From NCBI GenBank assembly GCA_044507735.1, contig JBIQJB010000026.1, forward strand, positions 1 through 29,169: a stretch of 29,169 nt of DNA. The letters run 5' to 3'. The notes beneath the pieces were generated by a model. That model was not told where the DNA came from. It saw nothing but the letters and a program-made list of their open reading frames with translations, and ran no database searches. Shown one piece after another: positions 8,452 to 17,297 of the stretch. Both the position numbers and the translations under genes were made by a program. Each line of letters starts with the position of its first letter. The first letter of the stretch is position 1. This DNA comes from Nitrosopumilales archaeon (GTDB lineage Archaea > Thermoproteota > Nitrososphaeria > Nitrososphaerales > Nitrososphaeraceae).

Positions 8452-8461
8452 CCTGAATATC

Positions 8462-9496
8462 TCACTCCTTGACGAGGAACATGCCTGTCCAGCCCTTCTC
8501 TGCAAACTCTGTCTTGTGCGCGTGGAACATGTACTGACCGGGGTACTTGTAGCTAAATTCCAGAATGGCTCTTTCACCTTGGCTCATCGTGATCATATCT
8601 GTCAATTCATCGGGTTCTAGGCTGGTTCCGCTGCGGTATAGATTATAGAGATTTCCATGGAGGTGGAAGTTGTTTATCTGGTCAAATTCAAGCATGTTGA
8701 CCAAGTATACCCTAACGAGCTTGTTCTTTTCAATCTCTATGGGATGATGCATGTAGTAGAACGGCACTCCGTTTACTGTGTAAAAGTTGTTTTCAGCGTC
8801 AAAGTCTGTGTCGTAGCCGTTCATTATCATCACCATTTCATCTGCAGGAGGCCTTGGAGTTTTGGGGTCGACAATATAGACTCCGTACAGACCGTGGGCT
8901 ATGTGTTCTTCAAGGGGCATTACGTGGCAGTGGTAGGGATATACACCAAACTTTTCTGCATAAAATTCATAGATGAACCTGCCGCCTGGGTTGATTATTT
9001 CAAAGACTCCATCCATCTCTGCTTTGTGTATGCCATGAGTGTGGATTGTGTGCGGCTTTGTTCCATTGTTGATAAAATGAATTCTAATTAGGTCGCCCTC
9101 TGTGGCCCTGAGGGTGGGACCTGGGACCGTTCCATTAAAGGTCCAGACGTTATAGTATACTCCCGGAGATATTTCCATAGTCTGCCTATCGTCTGCAACA
9201 AGTGTAAACTCGCGCAGCACGGTTCCATTTTCAAATGTGGAGACCCTGCCATAGTTGAAGGTTCGCAAGTATTCCATTGGATCCATTCCCGTATTTGCCG
9301 TTCCGTCTGCTGTCCCTACCGGGTCAAGCACATCGCCGGTAGTCTCGTAGTAGCCGAGCCCATGGCCGCCATTCACGATTTTTGGGCGATAGTTGTTGCT
9401 ATTCTGTGCACTCGCATAGAATGAGGAGACAGCCAGGGTGCTCCCCACAAGAGCAACTGCTATGGCTAGTATCAGCAATAACTTTGGGCTTGACAA
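8462..9496 (-). CDS. Two-domain multicopper oxidase (type C, T1 site in domain 1)
   Basis: Signal peptide; domain 1 HTIHTH and YHCH..PLEEHIAHGL (Leu axial position); domain 2 NFHLHG and MFHAH without a T1 Cys. Confidence 0.92.
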   Translation of the reverse strand: MSSPKLLLILAIAVALVGSTLAVSSFYASAQNSNNYRPKIVNGGHGLGYYETTGDVLDPVGTADGTANTGMDPMEYLRTFNYGRVSTFENGTVLREFTLVADDRQTMEISPGVYYNVWTFNGTVPGPTLRATEGDLIRIHFINNGTKPHTIHTHGIHKAEMDGVFEIINPGGRFIYEFYAEKFGVYPYHCHVMPLEEHIAHGLYGVYIVDPKTPRPPADEMVMIMNGYDTDFDAENNFYTVNGVPFYYMHHPIEIEKNKLVRVYLVNMLEFDQINNFHLHGNLYNLYRSGTSLEPDELTDMITMSQGERAILEFSYKYPGQYMFHAHKTEFAEKGWTGMFLVKE

Positions 9497-9514
9497 CGGA
9501 TAAAGTATAATTTG

Positions 9515-9566
9515 TTAGCCTATGTAATAAATGTTAGCCTTGGCTAACATTATTAGCCCATTCTAA
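9515..9566. promoter_or_regulatory. Triple tandem operator (TTAG-N6-CTAA, DtxR/MntR-like) over the MCO-ZIP promoter
   Basis: TTAGCC at 9515, 9534 and 9553 (19-bp period). The central box is the perfect inverted repeat AATGTTAGCC-TT-GGCTAACATT (9530-9551). Minus-strand TATA candidate TTTATTAC at 9524-9531. Confidence 0.78.
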
Positions 9567-9607
9567 TTTTCGCGAAGTTTATTTTGGTTTGTGCTGCATT
9601 GGCTGAT

Positions 9608-10171
9608 ATGCAGCGGTTTATGGTGCATCTGCAGAATGGCAGGGGATATACCCCAAAAGATGCAACCAGTCTGCTTTACAAGGCGCAGGAGCTAGCTGGG
9701 AGTGATGTCATAATTCGGGATGCAAGGGTGTCGAAAAAGTACATCGAGCTTGACGCTAGCTTGCCTGACAATGTGCCCATTGATGACCTTGTGTCCCGGC
9801 TTGCTTCAATATCATCGCTGGCAAGCTACGAGCGCATCGTCGAACGGCTCATGGAAAAAGATGAGGCAATCAAAAGAGCCATTGAACTATTCAATGATGA
9901 AAAATACTGGAATGCACATGAAGCCCTTGAAGGAGTCTGGAAAGGAGCGAGTGGGGAAGAGAAGAGCATCCTGAACGCTATAATCCTTGTTGCAGCAGCA
10001 TTTGTCCATGACGAAAAGGATGAACCAGAAATCTGTCTTTCGATTCTGCAGCGAGCAAGAAAAAAGCTGGAAGGAACTGGCGGCAGTTATCACGGCATTG
10101 ATGTGGATATGATTGCCGACCGAGTTTCAAACATAATCAATTCTGGTAGAATAGAGCGGTTTACGATTTGA
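9608..10171 (+). CDS. DUF309 domain-containing protein
   Basis: AIELFNDEKYWNAHEALEGVW and ILVAAAFVH motifs, preceded by an extra N-terminal domain of about 80 aa. The ATG at 9608 is preferred over the TTG at 9584. Confidence 0.85.
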   Translation: MQRFMVHLQNGRGYTPKDATSLLYKAQELAGSDVIIRDARVSKKYIELDASLPDNVPIDDLVSRLASISSLASYERIVERLMEKDEAIKRAIELFNDEKYWNAHEALEGVWKGASGEEKSILNAIILVAAAFVHDEKDEPEICLSILQRARKKLEGTGGSYHGIDVDMIADRVSNIINSGRIERFTI

Positions 10172-11525
10172 TCACCAATCTGGCTATCGCAACGACTACA
10201 GTGCTGATTGTAGTCAAAACTAGAAGTGAAGTACCGATCATCATTGAAACTTCGATCGCTGTTAGTTGAGCAAGTACTATCGCGATAATGCTCGCAACCC
10301 AAGCATATTTGAGGATAGCCGTTGCCTTTGACATATCCCAGCGCCTTCTCCTGCCCGAAATGCCAATCGCTGCTCCTAGTGGGGCAAAGTAGGCGATGCT
10401 GATAAGCGAGCTTGCAGTTGTCCCAGCGGCAACTATGCCTAACTCCTTGTTGAATGTCATCGAATCATAGACATGAGTGCTAATTGTCAGTATTCCTAAC
10501 AATGGATGGATGAGCGCCTTCACGGTATTTTGGAGCCATGTATTCTGCCGTTCGTAATCTGCTACTGTTGGGCTGAATGAATAGTACCATGCGTTGAACA
10601 CGTTCATGAAACTGCTTCCTGCATATGTCTTGAGCACAATTTCGTCTCTGAACAACCGCAACTGTTGTACCTGCGGCGTGAGTTCACTTCCAAAGGCAGC
10701 CGTCGCTATTAGACATCCACTTGGCTGCTCCTCGCTACTGTTATCTTGGGAGCGAACACCCGGACTTGATGCCTGCAATACGACCTTTTCAGATATGTAG
10801 CGGTCAGAATCTACCACGAGTGAATATTGGACAGTCTTGTATGTCTGTAGCCTATCTGTCACCACGATGCCAAACGGTGCCTCCGAGCCGGCGGTTATAT
10901 TCGAACTCCCTCTGCCCGCCTCGGCAAGAGCCCTTCCGATGGCGATCACTCTGCCATCCTTATCATATAAGGTCGCTATCATCATGGCATTGCTTGCCTC
11001 ACTATCACCGTTGTTTCTTGCAGCCGCATTGATGTAGTATGTCCCTAGGATATCAAGCCGCGAATTTGAAGATAATATTTCCAACTGGGTTTCCTTAAGA
11101 TCGGTATCTTGTCCTTGAGCAGTCATTGTAAAATTCGCAACTCTTTCAACAGAATTTGAGTCCAAGTACAATATTTCAAACGGAGAAGATTGCCCTGGAT
11201 TTATCACTTGCAACACTGGAGTCCTTTGATATTGGTCAAGCAGATTGCCTTCTTTGTCATAAAACGAGATCTTGATCTGAACATTCTTCATTGCAGAGTC
11301 TGAATCATTCTTGATTTCTCCAAGAATGTGCATGATCTTGGTTTCATCAACGTATGAAAACTGATTGTGAAATGAAAAATCAGCATATGCCTGCTGTGCT
11401 ACTAGCAGGACCAAAGTGATAGCGAACACCGCCAATATGTCCAAGAGTCGCACAGGTTGTTTGGGACGGCAATGGCTATTTAAAAACACCGGCGAAAGTT
11501 GATCACTTGCAGGTTCTGACGTCAC
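10161..11525 (-). CDS. FxLYD-domain surface protein with CFI-box-CTERM domain
   Basis: Signal ending AQQAYA; ISFYDKEGN and TLYDKDGR (FxLYD-like); GCLIATAAFGS...LRLFRD...YYSFSP (CFI-box); three C-terminal TM helices. The true start is probably downstream of 11525. Confidence 0.85.
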   Translation of the reverse strand: MTSEPASDQLSPVFLNSHCRPKQPVRLLDILAVFAITLVLLVAQQAYADFSFHNQFSYVDETKIMHILGEIKNDSDSAMKNVQIKISFYDKEGNLLDQYQRTPVLQVINPGQSSPFEILYLDSNSVERVANFTMTAQGQDTDLKETQLEILSSNSRLDILGTYYINAAARNNGDSEASNAMMIATLYDKDGRVIAIGRALAEAGRGSSNITAGSEAPFGIVVTDRLQTYKTVQYSLVVDSDRYISEKVVLQASSPGVRSQDNSSEEQPSGCLIATAAFGSELTPQVQQLRLFRDEIVLKTYAGSSFMNVFNAWYYSFSPTVADYERQNTWLQNTVKALIHPLLGILTISTHVYDSMTFNKELGIVAAGTTASSLISIAYFAPLGAAIGISGRRRRWDMSKATAILKYAWVASIIAIVLAQLTAIEVSMMIGTSLLVLTTISTVVVAIARLVIKS

Positions 11526-12350
11526 TCCGTAGGAAAGACCCGTTGAAGGAGTATGATCATTGGAACGTACAGATTGTTATTCATGGCATTTTCCCTCAGA
11601 AAAATATCCGTAGGCGGTTGAGTGCGATGCAAATCACAGATTTCAAATATGGTGAAAGTTGTCTCGAACTGCTCTGTCGCGTTGAAGACCCGTCTTTGGA
11701 AGTACAATCAGCTCTATGCTACAATTTCGTTCTGACATACTTGTTGAATCGGGTTACTTGAAGAGCTATTCTTTTACCATTTCTCGTAGATCCCAGTAGT
11801 GCATTTACACAAAACACTTTTTGGTGATTGACAAAGCACTGACACACGCAGATTCTGGAATCCTTATTTTTGCCCTGTCCTCGCGGCTTATGCTAGCTTT
11901 CCATTTCCTAAGATCATGCAGCTAGTGCAGTAGTGGTACTTCTAGCTTCATTGGAACTCATTGGTGGATTTTCTGGGACGAGTTTCTCATCTCCGCCATG
12001 GTCGCGCCTTGAATACCGTTATCATCAAGAATGCTAGAAATTCTGCTCTGGATACTGCTATATGCATGCAATTATCGGAACGACTACTTGGATGGAGTCA
12101 TCGGCTTTGTCCGTCTTTTCATGCCTATCCTGCTAGTTACCAGAGGTGACGACAAGGTCAAGCATATCGTAATCTCTCTTCACACATCGGACTCAAAATG
12201 TGTTTTGATGGCAGCAGTTGCCCGCAAGAGTCCATGCCAGAGAGCCAAAATAAATGAAGCTTTATCAATGATCCATGAAACACGAGTCTGTTTTGCAACA
12301 ACATATGTCAAACGTTATAGATATTAGTATGTCATACCCCGTCAGAACCA

Positions 12351-13241
12351 TTGCCAGACATATCGTTGATAGCGGGGCCGGCATCTGCTGATCTCGCAGA
12401 GAAAGTCGCACAGCGCCTTGGGTCTAAGCTGGTGTCTGCGGAGCTTAGAGTATTTGCGGATGGCGAGAGCAAGATCAAGATGCCTAAGGCCGGCAAGAAC
12501 TGCGTCATAGTCCAGTCGACCTATCCTCCGCCTGATTCTCATATCATGCAGACATTGATGATGGCTAGAAAGTGTGCTGTTGATGGTGCTCGTGACATAT
12601 GTGCTGTGATACCATACCTTGCTTATGCCCGGCAGGACAGAGTTTTTCTTGACGGAGAGGTGGTGAGCATAGCTCTTGTTGCAAAGTTACTCGAAGCCGC
12701 TGGAGTAAAACATGTGGTCACGGTTGACATACACAGTCAGCTTGCAATGTCGCATTTTGGCAGCATCGAGAATGTTTCATCAATACCTCTTTTGGCTGAT
12801 CACGCTTCAAGAATGAGCCTCCGCAGGCCACTGGCCGTGTCGCCTGATGCAGGCGGAGCAGACAGGGCAAACGAATTTGCGAAGTTGCTAAAAATAGATG
12901 CGATTGCATTGAAAAAGTCCCGAGATAGGACAACCGGTGAGGTAGCCATCGACGAAGAGCTAGACATTGATGTCTCTGGCAGGGACGCCATACTTGTGGA
13001 CGATATGATAAGCAGCGGAGGCAGCATAGTCAAGGCTGCGCAGGTGTTGCGCAAGAATCACTGCGGAAGGGTGTATGCAATGTGCGCCCATGCGCTCCTG
13101 ATAGGTGATGCCGCTCAGAAGATAAGGTCTGCAGGCGTTGAGGACATTATTGCGACAAACTCTGTTCCTGGAGAATACTCCAAGGTGGATCTTAGCCCTG
13201 CGATAGCGGAAGCGCTCGAGTCGCGATATAGTTCAGCATAA
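12351..13241 (+). CDS. prs: Ribose-phosphate pyrophosphokinase
   Basis: FADGE, PYLAYARQDR, VDIHS, SPDAGG and PRPP-binding LVDDMISSGGS motifs. Confidence 0.96.
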   Translation: MPDISLIAGPASADLAEKVAQRLGSKLVSAELRVFADGESKIKMPKAGKNCVIVQSTYPPPDSHIMQTLMMARKCAVDGARDICAVIPYLAYARQDRVFLDGEVVSIALVAKLLEAAGVKHVVTVDIHSQLAMSHFGSIENVSSIPLLADHASRMSLRRPLAVSPDAGGADRANEFAKLLKIDAIALKKSRDRTTGEVAIDEELDIDVSGRDAILVDDMISSGGSIVKAAQVLRKNHCGRVYAMCAHALLIGDAAQKIRSAGVEDIIATNSVPGEYSKVDLSPAIAEALESRYSSA

Positions 13242-13278
13242 ATTTGGCAGGCACACATCGTATCACCACCATACTGCC

Positions 13279-14196
13279 ATGGCAAATATGCAACTTGTTT
13301 TCCTGGGCACGTCATCTGCAGCCCCTACTGCTGAGCGTGGGCTATCCTCCTTAGCTATCCTGAGAGGGGGCGAGCTACTGCTCTTTGACGCTGGCGAAGG
13401 AATGCAGCGAAATTTCATCAAGGCTGGCCTTGGCATGAATAGAAAGATGAAAGTCTTCATCAGCCACATGCACGCCGACCATTGCGTAGGTCTCCTTGGA
13501 CTCTTGCAAACAATGGCGCTACAAGGCAGGGAGAGGAGCGTCGATATTTACGGACAGCCAAGAGTCAAGGAGTTTCTACAGGAAAATATGCGAATAATCA
13601 ATTTTGGCTTGACTTTTGATGTCAACATCCATGTGATCAACAAGGGAGGTCTAGTGGTTAAGGAGGATGAGTACCAAGTAACTTGTTGCGAAGCATTGCA
13701 TTCTGTTCCGTCCTATGCTTATTGTCTTGAGGAATTTGATAGACCCGGCAAGTTTAACGTCGTAGAGGCAAAGAGGCTGGGCATACCAGAGGGTGAACTA
13801 TACGGCAAGCTCCAGAAGGGACAAGAAATTGTGTACAAGGGTAAAAAGATAAGCCCAAGCCAGGTCCTCGGGCCGCCTCGCAAGGGAAGAAAGGTGGGAA
13901 TATCTGGCGACACGAGGCCGACCGACAAGCTTGTGGAATTCTTCAAGGGTTGCGATGTGCTTGTCTTTGAATCGACCTATGGCCATGACCGACACGAAAA
14001 GGCAGTGGAGAACTGGCACTCTACTGCAACAGAGGCGGCCACTGTAGCCAAAAAGGCCAGCGCGCTCAAGCTCTTCCTGACCCACTTTAGCGCGCGCTAT
14101 GATGAAACTTCCTCCCTTGTAAGAGAGGCGAGTGCCATTCATCCAATTGTCGAAGCGGCAGAAGACCTAAAAACAGTGGAGATCCCGTACAGGTAA
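13279..14196 (+). CDS. rnz: Ribonuclease Z
   Basis: FLGTSSAAPT, FDAGEG, SHMHADH, exosite GIPEG..YGKL, SGDTRP, HST and THFSARY motifs. Confidence 0.96.
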   Translation: MANMQLVFLGTSSAAPTAERGLSSLAILRGGELLLFDAGEGMQRNFIKAGLGMNRKMKVFISHMHADHCVGLLGLLQTMALQGRERSVDIYGQPRVKEFLQENMRIINFGLTFDVNIHVINKGGLVVKEDEYQVTCCEALHSVPSYAYCLEEFDRPGKFNVVEAKRLGIPEGELYGKLQKGQEIVYKGKKISPSQVLGPPRKGRKVGISGDTRPTDKLVEFFKGCDVLVFESTYGHDRHEKAVENWHSTATEAATVAKKASALKLFLTHFSARYDETSSLVREASAIHPIVEAAEDLKTVEIPYR

Positions 14197-14775
14197 TTCA
14201 AGCAAAAATCCTGCTCAAAGTAAATCAAAGCTGATAAGCAGACTACTTCATCTCGCATGAATGCGCCAGAACATGCGAAATTAAGATTGATGAAGAGAAG
14301 GCTGTCGTTTGATCCTTTATATCATGGCGCCTTCAGCATCTGTTGATTCTTTCAGCATGTGCCGCCGGGATCGCCATTTCGCGACAAAGTTGTCCTATTT
14401 TTATTACTCTCTATGTATCATTTTTTTTCGATGACTGCTGTTCATCGGGTTGTCAACGCGCGGCCTGTCCGAAAAGACAACGGCAGCCGAAGGCATACTT
14501 CCAAACCATGCATTAGCAGAAGCTACAATTTCTCCAGCTCTCACAATCGAGCCCTTTTCAGGTTTGCGGGAGGTAGCTCCTGTGAAACGCAATACGGACG
14601 CCGAGATGTGATGCTGCCTGAGGAATGGATCGCCTAGGCTATGGGATGGGTTGGTGCCCAAACTTCACGGCGCCTTCAAAGTGGTACTTTTTTTGAGCAT
14701 ATCATCCACCGTGTCCCTTGAGACGAACCTGAAGAATCTATGTCTGACGGATGTTTCAAATGATTTTGGCGCCAC

Positions 14776-16149
14776 CTACTTGTTTATGACGTAAAAGTCA
14801 TAGACAGGCATTTTCTCAGGCTCCTTTTGCTTCTTGAGGAAGTACTCTATCGTAGCCCAGAACCCTGGGAACGTCTCTACTATGCCGATTACGGGACACA
14901 GGACTAGAGTCTGCAAGTGGAACATTAGCCTCTTGATCCATCCTATCTTTGAATACCGTAGGTTCAGGTATAGCCCGAGCTGGTACGAGGAGAGCCATAC
15001 TAGGGAAGTGAAGAGCAAAATCGCGGCAGTTCCAAACTCGACAAAGGCATTTCCTGCAGCAGACTGGGACATTGAGTTGATGGCAGAAAGAATCGGGATG
15101 TTGCTTGGAATGGATGTGATTACCGAACTTATCATACTTGCGTCAATACCTGATAGCGAAAAGAGCGGTAGCACGTAGGCATTGATCGAAAGCGCAGTTG
15201 ATGCCATTGCAGAGGCAAAACCTAGAAAGAGGGTCACTGATTTGAACATCAGCTTGTACCTGTGCCATCGAGGGAATTTTCGCAGGTTCTGAAGAGTGCC
15301 GAGGAACCATCTGCGTCTTTGTAGAAAGTGGTCTTTGAGGTTGAGCGGGGGTTGTTCCAGAAGTATGCCGCCATGCCACCCCATCGAGCCCGGTCCGTAC
15401 TTTTCATAGAGCTTATATCCAAACATCTGGTCTTCTGCCAAGAGCGGCCCAAAGTTCCAGCCTACAGTATCCTCGACATCGGATCTTATCAGCAAGTTGC
15501 TGCCATGCATGTGAAGAGGTGGCGGATGCGTCATCTGAGAAACGCAGTCATAGCATGCAAACGGTCTTATCGATTCCGCTATTGCCGTCAAACGATTTGC
15601 CGATTCGAATTTGAATGGGTAAAAGATCGGTCCTTCGGATGCTACGCCCTTTCCTTCCCTGATGAATTTCAGTAAGGCAAGCAGCGTCTGAGGCATAACG
15701 CAGCTCTCTTCGTCCATGTGAAAGACCCAGTACTTGCTGGAATTCTTGCCATGGAATCTCCGGTGCTCCACTGCATACTGCAGCGCGCGACCTTTTTTTA
15801 TGGCGTTAGTGTGATAGTCCTTTCTGACTAGGACCACTTCGCACTTTTCGCTTTCTAGTGTTGTCCTATCCATCGGATCGTCTGTCACCACTGCTATCTG
15901 GTAGTTGCTAAAGTTGATGCGGCGTGCCGAGTCTAATATCGAATGTATGCCGCGCCTGACCACCGGTGTCTTGGTCGCAGAGCGTGTCGTTATTTGGAAT
16001 ATTATGGCAGGATCATTGTGCACCCTGTGAAGATCTTTTTCAACGAACACCCGCCTGTTTTTCAATATTTGAAAAACTGACACCACAGCAATCGGAACGT
16101 ATGAAAGCCAGAAAAACATGGCCACCACTAGAAAAGGGTTTTCCAACAC
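14776..16149 (-). CDS. Membrane GT2 glycosyltransferase, egghead/BRE-3-like
   Basis: N-terminal TM; KGRALQYA, WVFHMDEES, HGSNLL, AED and QRRRW motifs; C-terminal TM helices. Confidence 0.88.
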   Translation of the reverse strand: MLENPFLVVAMFFWLSYVPIAVVSVFQILKNRRVFVEKDLHRVHNDPAIIFQITTRSATKTPVVRRGIHSILDSARRINFSNYQIAVVTDDPMDRTTLESEKCEVVLVRKDYHTNAIKKGRALQYAVEHRRFHGKNSSKYWVFHMDEESCVMPQTLLALLKFIREGKGVASEGPIFYPFKFESANRLTAIAESIRPFACYDCVSQMTHPPPLHMHGSNLLIRSDVEDTVGWNFGPLLAEDQMFGYKLYEKYGPGSMGWHGGILLEQPPLNLKDHFLQRRRWFLGTLQNLRKFPRWHRYKLMFKSVTLFLGFASAMASTALSINAYVLPLFSLSGIDASMISSVITSIPSNIPILSAINSMSQSAAGNAFVEFGTAAILLFTSLVWLSSYQLGLYLNLRYSKIGWIKRLMFHLQTLVLCPVIGIVETFPGFWATIEYFLKKQKEPEKMPVYDFYVINK

Positions 16150-16367
16150 AAGAGCCCTATATCTTTAATTGTTTAATAACGGACGCATTCTAGAATCACT
16201 TTACAGCATTCTCTTGTTGCAGATGATGAATATAGAAGAATGTTGTCTAGGAGTCTAAACTCTACAGAATATCAATATGTTTTCTCTTGTAGAATCGCCA
16301 GATAATACGGCATTTTCTGATTTCTAGAAAAACTAGAGATAATAAAAGAGATTGCCACCTAGTTGCG

Positions 16368-17297
16368 ATGGAATCAGCTGAACAACAAATACATTCTAAT
16401 GATAATCCAACATATTGCAAGCAATGCGAAAGCGAGAATGTTATATTTGACATGATCTCAAGTGAGTTTGTCTGCAGCTCTTGTGGCTGCGTTGCTGACG
16501 ATCGGATTTTCCACGCCGACGGGGCGTCTGGTACAGTCAACCCCTCGGAATACAGCGACAGGGCGAGGACTGGGATGCCAGAATCCCTTGCGATACATCA
16601 CAAGGGGCTGTCAACTCTAATAGGGCTAGATGATACGGACGCGAGGGGTAAGACGCTTGAGCCAGCACAAAAGATGAAAATGCAGAGACTCCGCACGTGG
16701 AACAACAGGTCTCAGCTTAATGACTCTATTTCTAGAAATTTGGAAAAGGCCTTGAAATTCCTGAACAACTTCGGCGACAAGCTTTACCTCAGCCAGGCAG
16801 TGATGGAAAGCGCAGCCTATATCTATCGAAAGGCTGCCCTCAAAAAACTGGCCAAAGGCAGATCTACTTTGGGGCTTGTAGGCGCGGCGCTCTATGCTGC
16901 ATGCAGGGAGACTGCGACTCCTAAAACAGTGGCAGATGTAGCAGCAGTCTGCAACCTCTCGAGCAAAGATGTGATGGCTCACTACAAGCTGATCCTGAGA
17001 GAGCTTTCCCTCCAGATGCCGGTGCTGCACGGCCCCGACTATGTTACTCTGATTGCAAACAGGCTTGATCTGAGCGAGCGCACTAAGAGAGAGGCGCTCC
17101 GGATATATGCGCTGGTACAGCAAAACCGCATTTCGTTGGGGAAGAACCCGAGAGCGCTTGCAGGGGCAGTTATTTACTTAGCTTCTCAGAACTGCAACGA
17201 GTTCCTGCGGCAGGTCGAAATCTGCCAAGTAGCTGACATTTCGACTGTGTCTCTGAGGAAGAGGTGCAAAGAGATCAAGGCTACTCTAGGAATCTGA
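16368..17297 (+). CDS. tfb: Transcription initiation factor IIB paralog
   Basis: Zn ribbon CKQC-x15-CSSCG; B-reader/linker RARTG.P...HHKGLSTLIG...RLRTW; two cyclin repeats (KGRS...AALYAACR and GKNP..LAGAVIYLA). Confidence 0.95.
   Translation: MESAEQQIHSNDNPTYCKQCESENVIFDMISSEFVCSSCGCVADDRIFHADGASGTVNPSEYSDRARTGMPESLAIHHKGLSTLIGLDDTDARGKTLEPAQKMKMQRLRTWNNRSQLNDSISRNLEKALKFLNNFGDKLYLSQAVMESAAYIYRKAALKKLAKGRSTLGLVGAALYAACRETATPKTVADVAAVCNLSSKDVMAHYKLILRELSLQMPVLHGPDYVTLIANRLDLSERTKREALRIYALVQQNRISLGKNPRALAGAVIYLASQNCNEFLRQVEICQVADISTVSLRKRCKEIKATLGI

Noticed and set aside
14340-14700. RNase P or SRP RNA next to rnz
   Set aside because: I found no GAGGAAAGTCC-type P4 motif and no SRP helix-8 motif on either strand.
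16728-16739. 12-bp palindrome ATTTCTAGAAAT
   Set aside because: It lies mid-CDS in tfb and is explained by codons (ISRN).
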